From Vitrella brassicaformis CCMP3155 (taxonomy: Eukaryota > Protista > Chromerida): 64,000 bases of DNA. The translations under genes were made by a program, and so were the position numbers. The notes below the pieces were generated by a model. It was not told the DNA's origin. It worked only from the letters and a program-made list of their open reading frames with translations, and made no database searches. Position 1 is the first letter of the stretch; each line of letters begins with the position of its first letter. The DNA is taken from contig CDMY01000355.1 in assembly GCA_001179505.1 (NCBI GenBank), positions 40,155 to 104,154 of the forward strand. Direction: 5' to 3'. Below, piece by piece: positions 37,001 through 47,000 of this stretch.

Positions 37001-39174
37001 AAGCATCTAAGGCTTTGGTTCGGCCCGATGGCGATGAAGCCCGACGCAATGATGCCCACACACACGCCTGCAGGCATACCACACCACAGCACACACAGCG
37101 CACCACACACACGTCATCGATCGACGTGAGCGTTGGAGGGTGGCTCGGCTCGTGTGGGTCCGTTTCGTCCATTTGTGCGCACCCACCGGCCCATCGGTCC
37201 TTCACGCCGCATTTGTAGATGAGGACAGATGTGCTGTAGGTGAGGTATGCCTGCAGCGACCCCCCCAGGCCGCACAGCAGGTTCGCCCCGCCATGGTTGC
37301 GCAGCTCCCGATCGACGCTGGCCTGCTTGTGCATCGAAGACGCCAAAGCGGGGATGTTCACTGACACACACACACACATAGAGTTCTTCGTGTGCAGGTG
37401 CGTCTGCGCGTGGACGCACACCCATACCCGGCACGTGCAGGACAGAGAAGACGACCAGACTGGTGATGGTGGTGACGTGACGGGATATCATATCCCAGGC
37501 TATCAGGTCGAGCCGCACCAACCGCCACACGTTGAAGTGCCGCAGCACCCGCTCGCACGTCAGCGCCTGCACGTACTCAAAGAAGGAGGGCGGCATGATG
37601 GTGTCCAGGTCGGGCTGCGTGGCCGAGGGGTTCGTCAGGTTGGCAGGGGACCGCGGCTCCCCCGCTGAAGGGATGTTGGGCACATTAGTGTCGAACAGCC
37701 AGCCGGCCTGGCGAGCTTCCTGCAGACAGACAGACAGACAGACATACATACAGACATCCGTTGGGTCGCCGCCAACAGACGTTGTGTCTGTGTTACCTCA
37801 GTGCCGATGCCCGCGAAGTACAGAATGAAGTAGAAGCCCATTGGGATGCACAGGAGGTAGAGCGGCGTGAGGAAGGGCCACTCGATCTTCCGGTTGAGGG
37901 TCAGCAGCAGCACCTCCAGCACAATCACGCACAACCACCGCTCCATCGGCCCCCACGCCAGCTGACCCAGCAGAGAGGTCGACTGCCAACTCCACGCCAC
38001 ACCTGCATTGCAATCATTGCATACACAGACAGACCAGCCATTGACTTGACGGGATCCAGCGACCAGGCTTGCATCGAGCCGCTGACTGACTGACTGACTG
38101 ACTGACCTGAGGCCACGCCGATGCCCGCAGTGGCGATGAAGAGCCCCATGCCGCCCGTGATGCCCAACAGCACGTGCTTGGGGAAATACTGGGTGGTGCT
38201 GCCGAGATGCAGCAGACCCAGGAAGTAAAACGCCACCTGATCATGTGTGAGTGATGAATCGAGCAGCCAAGACACCCACAGATCAGATACGTCTGCAGTG
38301 CCTCTTATGTGTGTGCGCCTTGCTCGCTTCGTTCCTACCGTACCCCGGTAGCCAGTGTGGACATGACGAAGGCCACGAGTATGGTGGAGACCACCTGGTC
38401 ATCCCTCCCGACGGACTCCAGCGATATTGCCAAAGATGTCGACAAGGCGTGCAGAAACGGCGCATTCTCGGCTATCACGCCTGATGGAACCAAGGGAGGG
38501 AGCAAGGATGGATGTTGCAGGCCGACCTTTTCTTCTCTGTCTGTCCGTCTGTCCGTCTGTCCATCTGTCCGTCCGTCCGTCCGTGTGTCTGTCTGTCCGT
38601 GTGTCGTGTGCGCACCGCACCGGCCATTGCGTAAGGGAATTGCGAGAAGATGGCAAACGCAATCTGAGATATCACCTGGTGAACACACCAACACACACAC
38701 ACACACAGGTCACTGACTGACTGCATGTTTCACACGTTCTTTCGTTTCGTCCGTCCGCCGGTCCATTCATGGCGTGCCTGCCTACCGTGCTGAGCATGAC
38801 CATGGTGACGCCAGTGGGTGCCAGCTCGGGGTGGTGGTGGGGGAACAGCAGAAACCCATACGGCACGTTGTCCAGGATGGCCACGATGCCCGCAACCAGT
38901 ATGCCCGGGATCTGACAGACAACACATGCCCAACAAACACATGTGCCCGCGCAGCGCATGCAGCAGAGCCCAACGCACAACTGCATGTATGCCACTAACT
39001 GCATGCGTCCCTCTCACCCACCTGCCCAGCAGCCCGTCGTATTCTCCTGATCCTCCTGCGCCTCTTTCGCGCATTCACGTCAATATCGGGGCACGGTACT
39101 GGCCCGGAGGGCGGGGGGATGTCATCCAGCGCCTCCTCCTCAACCGATTCAAGCAGCAGCTGGGTGCTCGCCAT
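34042..39174 (-). CDS. SulP/SLC26-family transporter with STAS and cyclic-nucleotide-binding domains (yeast Vsb1/Ygr125w-like)
   Basis: ILDNVPYG, VAFYFLGLLHLGSTTQYFPKHVLLGITGGMG, VDRELRNHGGANLLCG..GSLQAYLTY. STAS: IIKLQGALFFGNA..LMLDFTRVVSIDSTG. cNMP: YFVTRRVTAGATIW..., GQMIGEVGLL..RRKTNLVA. Start codon uncertain. Confidence 0.85.
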
Positions 39175-39267
39175 CTTCACTTCATCAAGGCATTCTCTCG
39201 ATTCCCGAAGGCAGGGCTGCTCTGGAATGGTCAGCAGCTGCTGTTGGAACCACCAGTCATTGGAGCT

Positions 39268-39277
39268 AAGCTCGCAG
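39268..39277 (+). promoter_or_regulatory. Candidate upstream element AAGCTCGCAG
   Basis: 65 nt before the TsaE-TsaD ATG; the same motif recurs before several other genes. Confidence 0.55.
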
Positions 39278-39342
39278 ATGCTCCGGCTCGCAATCGCTCT
39301 CTCGGCGTTCGTTTCGTTCGTTCGCTCGGCGGAAAGGAAAAA

Positions 39343-41521
39343 ATGAGCGCAGAGAAGAGGTAAGAAGCCCACCGTGCACTAGGCATGCGACGTGACTCAT
39401 CCACCCAGTGGGCGATCTCTGCCTCTTTCGTTGATTCCTTTCAGCGACGGAACGTCATCACCTGTTCCGTCTGTCAGCGTCTGTCTGCCCACATCGGATG
39501 CCACAGAGGACCTTGGAGCGCGGCTGGCGTCGCTCACCTGCCGCGGCGACGTCATCTTCCTATGCGGCGAGCTGGGTGCCGGCAAGACCTGCTGCGCCAA
39601 GGGCTTCCTGCGCTCCTTCTTTTCAAACCCATCCCTGGAAGTGCCGTCGCCGTCCTACCTGCTCTGCAACACCTATGCTGACGATGCTGACGACCAGCAG
39701 CAGCAGCAGCAGCCGATATCTGCCGACCACCCACCATTGGCGCAGCAGGCAGCATCGCTGCCTCCCCGGTTCAGAGCGGACAGGGCTAGGATCTCTGGGG
39801 TGACGGTGCATCACATCGACTCCTTCCGCCTCCCAGTGGGCAGGATCGCCGCCGTGTTGGATTTCTCGGCCATCTTCGCCAACAACATCAGCCTGATCGA
39901 GTGGCCGGAGCGGCTGGGGCCCCAGCTCGTGACGTCCACTACCCCGCCGCGGCTGGAGGTGCATCTCGAGGGCGTGGGGCCGCAGGCGCAGGGGCGGACA
40001 GCGGTGCTCAAGGGGGTGGGCGAGAGATGGGAGGCGCTGGTTGAGTCGTGGCGGCAAGCAGGTGGGCCACCTGGTGCACCACCCATGTCGAACTTAGCTA
40101 TCGCTCAGCCAGCGGATTCTTCTCTGAACGGACCTTCTGGCAGTGAGAGGCCCCTTGGGGAGAACACGGCAGCGAGTGATGAGGACAAGAGGGAGCGTGA
40201 TGTGATCACTCTGCCTGAGGATCCATCCACGTGGCTGGTGCTGGGCATCGAGTCAAGCTGTGACGACACCGGTGCGGCGGTCATTCGCGGCGACGGTAGG
40301 GTGCTGGGGGAGGCCTTGGCTTCGCAGAGTGGTGTCCACGAGCAGTGGGGCGGCGTCAAGCCCGATGCCGCACAAGCGTGCCACAAGGCGGCTATCGATG
40401 GCACTGTCGATGAGGCATTGCGGAAGGCTGGCGTGGAGCCGTCATCTCTCCATGCTGTGGCCGTTACAGTCGGCCCAGGCCTGTCGCTCTGCCTGCAGGT
40501 GGGGGTGAAGAAGGCGCTTCAGCTTGCATCGACCCATCGGCTGCCCCTCGTCCGTGTGCACCACATGGAGGCCCACGCCATGGTCACACGACTGCCCCAG
40601 CCCACCCAGCAGCCCAACCCCGACACGTCATCTGCACCACCCAGCCCTGGCCCTCCTGTCACGTTCCCCGCCCTGGTGCTGCTGGTGTCTGGCGGGCACA
40701 ATATGGCCGTGTTGGCCAAGGGCATCGGGCAATACAAGATCCTCGGCAGCACGCTGGACGACTCCATCGGTGAGGCCTTCGACAAGACCGCCCGTCTGCT
40801 GGGCATCGACACCATTCCCGGCGGGCCGCTGCTGGAGCGGCTGGCCGATCAGGGCGACCCCAACAAGTATGCCTTCTCCCTGCCCTTCGCCAAGAGCCGC
40901 AACCTCGCCCTCCGCAACGGGTGTGACTACTCCTTCTCTGGCCTCAAGACACAGGTCCGGGAGCTCGTCAACAGCGAGATACAGCAGCAGCAACAGCAGG
41001 AGGAGAGTGAGGGTGATGGGGGCGACAGCGATTCGTCGGCCAAGGTGCGCGCCGACATCGCCGCGTCGTTCCAGTCGGTGATCGTGTCGCACCTGCTGGA
41101 GCGGGCCACGCGAGCCATCGCCTGGGCGCAGGCAGAGGAGCCCTCCATCAAACACCTGGTGGTCGCGGGCGGCGTCGCCGCCAACAAGACGGTTCGGTCG
41201 CGCATGAAGGAGGCGGCAGACAACGCCGGCCTGACGCTCGTGTGCCCCCCGCCCCGTCTGTGCACGGACAACGGGGTCATGGTGGCGTGGACTGGCCTGG
41301 AGCGGCTGAGGCTGGGTCTGTGGGACGTGCCGCCGGTGAAAGGCGCGGATGTGGATCGTTTCGTGGAGGTGTGCCCTCGGTGGCCGTTGGGGCAGAGGGA
41401 CGCACGGAGCACACCCAAGCCTGGCGGGGGAGGGGGAGGGGGAGGGGTGGGCAAGGCGAATGGGCAGACAGGGGGAGAGAAGGCCGCCAAGAAGGCCAAG
41501 AAACAAAGAGACGGTGTCTAG
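39343..41521 (+). CDS. Fused TsaE (YjeE ATPase) - TsaD/Qri7 (t6A threonylcarbamoyltransferase); one 85-nt intron at 39360-39444
   Basis: TsaE motifs GELGAGKT (39566-39589), SPSY, HIDSFRL, IEWPERL. TsaD motifs LGIESSCDDT, AVTVGPGL, HHMEAH (40559-40576), LVSGGH, DDSIGEAFDK, SFSGLKT, AGGVAAN, LCTDNGVM. All lie in one uninterrupted frame from 39445 to 41521. Confidence 0.93.
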
Positions 41522-41859
41522 CTCAGCTGCATGGGGTTTTCTCTGTGTGTTGTGGGCGAATGAGATGAGTGGCGTTGGTTGATGTGACGGATGGATAGAT
41601 CCATGCGTTGCATGCAGGATGGACGGACGAGAGAATCTCAATAAGTATGTGCGAGTGTCAATGACATTGAATGCCGTTTGTCAGCCCACGAGCACGAGCA
41701 CGCGATAAGGGAATCAATGTCGTCGAACGTTGACCAACGAGACACACGCATCCAGGAATTACACTCCAACACCCTCACAGGCAGCAGCAGCACAAGCCAA
41801 GCCAGCCCACCCGATCTCACACACGTGCACAGACACACCCCACTACACAACACAGCGCA

Positions 41860-43630
41860 CTAGTCTGTGTCCCATCGGTGCCCGGCGCTTAACGCCCCCT
41901 TAGGTAGCTGCGGGCCTTTGTGCGCTTGCCCCCTCTGAAGCTCCGCACGATGGCCTGGATCCACTCCCCAGTCGGGCTGAGGCGCTTCAGGTAGATGCCG
42001 GTCCGATGACGCTTCGCCAGCGACAGTGGCACCGGCTCCTCGGGGGCGGCATACGCACTGTTGATGAGGCGCTTCTTGCCTCGGCCGATGACCCACGGCC
42101 ATAGGCTGACGGCTCACAGGGCCTGCAGGGGGTGCGCACAGGGGGGGCAGCCTCGACGGTCTGGGTCGTGTTGCAGATAGCTGCAGACAAGACACACACG
42201 AAGAGACATGATTGTTGACATTGATGGATGGGGGCGAGGTGGGGGAGGTGAGCTGACATGTCAGTGTACTTCTGCTTATACGCCTGCAGCTCCACGCGCA
42301 CACCAGTCTCTCCCGTCCCCTGCATCAGCCACGCGACAGATGAGTGAGCTCATGAAACGGTCGGTGCACTGGGGCGATGTTCTTAACTGAGTGCGTTCAT
42401 ACCATGACAAGGTTCTCGCGGGTGTCTCGCAGGACCTTTCTCCAGGTCCACAGCAGCTCACGGTGTTCCTGCAGACAGCCGGGCATACACACACACATCT
42501 CCACGTGGCGGATGGGATCGGATGGGATGCGGTGTGCATGTTGTTGACGGTGTGGTGCACACACGCCCCCACACACACCTGGATCAGCGTCTCCTCACTG
42601 GGCTTGCGCAGGAGCCTGACTTTGGTGACGGCCGCACCGCGGATCAACCTGTGGAGGGAGCGACGCAGGCCCCCATCAGTCAGCTTGTGTGTGGTCCGTT
42701 GTGCTTGTTGGCTGTGTGTTGGCTTACGGGCGGTTCGCTTCCAGGGCGGACATATCGTAGGGGCTGTCCCCCACAGAGACGACCCTCGTCGGCTCGAGCC
42801 CCATCACCCGCAGTCCCTTGAGCAAGTCCCCGAAACATCCCCTCTGAACGCACGGACCGGTGGAACACATCCATCAAATACACGCAACAACGAGGCTCGG
42901 ATCGCCCACCTTCCAGGTGGACGAGTCCAGCTTCCCACGGCAGGCCTTGTCGGCGTGTTTGCGTGACGATATGAAGGGGATTTGCTGCTGGTGCAGGAAA
43001 TGGCGGACCCCCTCATACCCGGGGTACTGCAGCGACTCGTACAACCTGCAGACACACACACAGACACACAGACACCACCCATGCACACACGCCGATGCAG
43101 TCAGTGTTTGTGTTGTGTGTTGCGTTGGCTAATTGGGTACTGTACACTCGGGAGACCCGTTGGAGATGATGACCACCTGGGCCTTCTTGGCGGCCTCTTG
43201 CAGGAGGGCCAGGGCCTCCGCACCGCCCCTCAGGTTGACCCGCCAGGGCCGCACGGGATCCACATAGGACGAAGGAAACAGCGTATCGTCCTGACACACA
43301 CATAAGCACGCAAGATGACAGAATGCATTCCGCATCAACGCCTTTACATGCATGTGTTGATGCTGCTAGATGCATCGGTTCAATGCACCCCGTGCTTACC
43401 CAGTCGAAGATGACGACGTCGACGCTGGTGCCTTCTTGGCCACCCAACGCCCCACTAGTCAGGCCGCAATTGAGGCCGCTTTCCATGCTCTCTGGCACGC
43501 TCTCTTGGGAGCCGCCTGCCTTGTTCGAGCCGGAGAGAGGGCAATCGAGAGAGGGCAGGGGCCGGGCGGTGGCTGCCGAGTGCCCCTCAGCGCCGCAGAA
43601 AGGGCTCCTGCACGTGGATGCTGACGCCAC
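41860..43630 (-). CDS. HAD-superfamily-like protein (DWDDT motif)
   Basis: Spliced motif I VVIFDW|DDTLFPSS, motif II VVIISNG, motif IV VVSVGDSPYD, then KVRLLRKPS. Start and last exon are uncertain. Confidence 0.72.
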
Positions 43631-44074
43631 GCCAATGGCGCCACGCTGATGGATGACCCTTGCAGAGGTTGCCTTTGTGGAAACAACAGCCTTTAATTGT
43701 GGAAAGAACAGCGTCCAAAACAGCGAGAGCGATTGGAAAACCAGAAAGGAGGGGGAGAGCGATCGGTAAAAAGGGCGAGCTTCTCTTTGGCCGAGTTGGG
43801 TCGCGGCCAGGTTGATGCGGAGAGATCTCGTCGCAAGCGGACGCGAACCACTGTGAAGACACTGTACAGATGAAGCAGTCAGTGATCAGTGAGTGTCCCC
43901 GATGTGACACATTACCTATCCACATGTACTTCCAACCATCCATCCATCCATCCAAATGACATGCATCTATACACAGCCCTGCCCACACCCCGCCACACAC
44001 ATACACAGACAGTGGCTGTACATCACGTCTGCATGGCATGCAACACCATGAGAGAAGCAACCCAATGCCATCCA

Positions 44075-47000
44075 TCATGCAGTCACTTGGATGTCTCCCA
44101 CTCCACTGTACACATCGGAGAGCGGCCCGCCCGCCCCGCACGCACCCCTGTCGTCCACAGTGATGCTCAGATCGACCGCCTGCGGCCCCACACACGGGGT
44201 CGCCACATCCGCACCGGTCGGGTGATACAACAGATACGTCGACAAGCTCCTGCCCAAAGCCTCCAGGGTGCCGTCACACGTCAGCATCGCATCCTCGATA
44301 CCGTCGCCGACCGAACAGGTCAGCCCCTCCATCCCAACTGCCGACGGCACCCGAACACCGTTGACAGCGTCTGGCCGGCCGAGCGAGACCCCGCCGCATG
44401 GCGTGACGGCGACTGTGAGGCGAAAGAGTGGGCTGTGGTCGCTGGTGCAGGAGGGGTAGGCCAGGATGGAGGGGGCGGCCGGTAGGGTGGTGGTCGCGAG
44501 AGGGGGGGAGGGGTGCGGGGGGAGGGCGGGGGAGTCGGTCTGCGATGCGATCCTGGTGCGATAGAGGTCGGGCTGGATGTCGATGTCGGCGACGGTGAAG
44601 CCGACGATCTCCACATAAGGAAGAGGCCCAGACAGGGATATCGACACCGGCACGTTGGGTGAGGGCGTGATGGCTGGTGCGTCATTCGTCGGCTCAATGA
44701 ACACATCGATGGAGCACTCCACAGGCGTGTTTGGCGACAGGGCCGTCGTCAGCCTGGCAAGGATCCGTATGGCACCGACAAGGTCCCCTCCCTGCGTGTC
44801 GAACTCCACCACACCAAGGCCAGTCCTCAGGTCGGCGAGTGTCCCCGTGGCTTCACTCTGAGTGGAAGCAACGCCATACGGCCCCATTGCCCCAGCCGGC
44901 GACTCGACCACCGTCACCCCAGGGCTGGCCTTCCAGTCCACAGTGCCATAGCCGGTGGGAAAGAAGAGCATCATGGTGCCGATGACGGGGTCGTCAGGCC
45001 CGCCACTCGTGTGCTCGAGGTTGCGGTCGCCTATCGCCACATTCTGGCCGATGGGGGCCGATGCACCCTCAGGCACAGATGCCTTGGAGGTGCAGACGAG
45101 CAGCGGCGGGTCCTCCACTGCCGTGACGACGGTGTTGAGAGTGACTGTGTCGGTGAGGTTGCCCCCCGTGCCCGTGTAGCCATTGTCATAAACAGTGAGG
45201 GCCAGCGCGTCCGCACCGCTGTAGTTGGGGAGGGGGGTATAGAGCATCTGTCGAAGGAAGGCGTTCAGCTCCGCCACGGTGCCCTGGATGTCGATGGTGG
45301 ACGCGAGGCCGTACGAGAGCGTCCCATAGGTCCCCCAGGACACGGTGGCCTCTTCGTTGAGCGTCTGTATGCCCCCACTGGTGCACGCCAGACGGGCCAC
45401 CAGCACGCCATCCACAGACTCGCCCACATCTGGGTCGCTCACGGTGAAGCCGACAATCGCACTGCTGTCCTCGGCCAACGTCAGGGGAGGCGCAATGGGC
45501 TCCAAGATAGAGACTGACGGCGGGTCATTGACTGCCTGCACCTCAATCACCGCCACAATTGACGTCTCAACAGGCACATTGCTCCACGACACCCGCGTCT
45601 GCGTCTGTGGCGGGTCAGTGTCGCTCGTCGGTATGAAAAGGTCGAAGTAGTCTGCTGCTCGCGAGCGCCAGAAGTAAGGTGGGTCTGGTGCTGTGTGGGC
45701 GGTGAGAGCTGCGTCATAGGTGAGGAACACCTGCTGCGCGGCGCTGAGTGTCGTGTGGGAGACGTCAGGGTGCACCGGGCCGTAGGGCGACGACGCCAGC
45801 GAAGGCGACAGCGTGAAGCCGGTCGTGCCAGGGTCCTTGACAGTGATCTCCACGCCAAGCATGCCGTTCCACCCCGCCGGAAAGGCCACGTCAATGTTGC
45901 CCAGCAGGGCCGTCTGCATGGCCGCCAGCGTCTTGGTGCGCGTGACGGTCGTCCCACTGACCCCATCAAAGGTCAGCTGGAAGGCCGGCGGGCTGGCCAG
46001 GCCCTCAGCAAGCCTGACGGCATCAGGGTACGCCAGCGGGGGGTAGAAGTCGTGGACTGTGAAGGAGAGAGAGGCCTCGAATGTGTCGGTGGGGAGCGCC
46101 TCGCCGTCTTGCAGGGTGGTGCCCGTGATGGTGGCGGGGGTGCCCTCTGGTGTGGACACCATTGGCGAGGCAAGCTGGAGCGTGGGGCGTGTGTTGAGAG
46201 GGCTGATGGTGAGGTCGAATGAGATGGCTGCCTGTGGGAGGGCCCCCGTGGTGGCGAACAGGGGAGGTGTGGGTGGGAGGCCGTCGGGGCGGCCCAGCTG
46301 GACGGCTGTGAGGGTGACTGTCACGGTCCCCGTGTATGGAGCGGCCGTGGCCGACTCTGCAGACCAAATGGACACAGCAAACACACACTGAAAAGATGAA
46401 CACACGTCAGCAGCCAGTGGCTGTGCGTGTGCCTCTCTCTAGTTACCTGTGCGTGTAGGAGGGATAAGGTAGATGCTCTTCAACGCCTGCTGCACCTCCT
46501 CGAGCAGGCCCCCCACCTCCAGCGCGCCGGTCTCCTTGCCCCGCTTCCGCACACTCCCCTGACCCACATCCACCTTCACACCCGACGCACCCGTCTCAAT
46601 CTGCACCAGCACCATCATCGGCCCGTCGTCACTGTCGCGCGTCGGCACGTCCAGCGCCACACACCCCCTGACGTGAAGCGGCGTGTGCTGGAAGCTCTGG
46701 AAGGTCGGGGGGCAAGACGCGTCATACGTCCACACCGGGGGCTTGTTCTCTGGCTGTGGGAGGATGAGCACGTCTGCTGTCGCTGTGTGCGTCAGCGGAG
46801 CCGACGGCAGGATGCCGCTGCCGTTGTCGTCGACCTGCGCCGTGAGGGTCACCATGCCACTCTGCCCAGCAGTGGGCAGGAAGGTCAGACGGTTCGCTGG
46901 CGTGGCCTGGATCGCCGCAAAAGCCGTGTCCGTCACATCGAGAGCGAGAGTGGAGACGGCCGTGACGAGACACCCACTGCCGTCGAGCGCCGGGGCTGCT

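Noticed and set aside
27887-41521. Apparent cluster of mitochondrial functions (COA5, YHM2, TsaD)
   Set aside because: The genes are interspersed with unrelated ones, and the TsaD fusion has no mitochondrial leader; chance proximity is sufficient.
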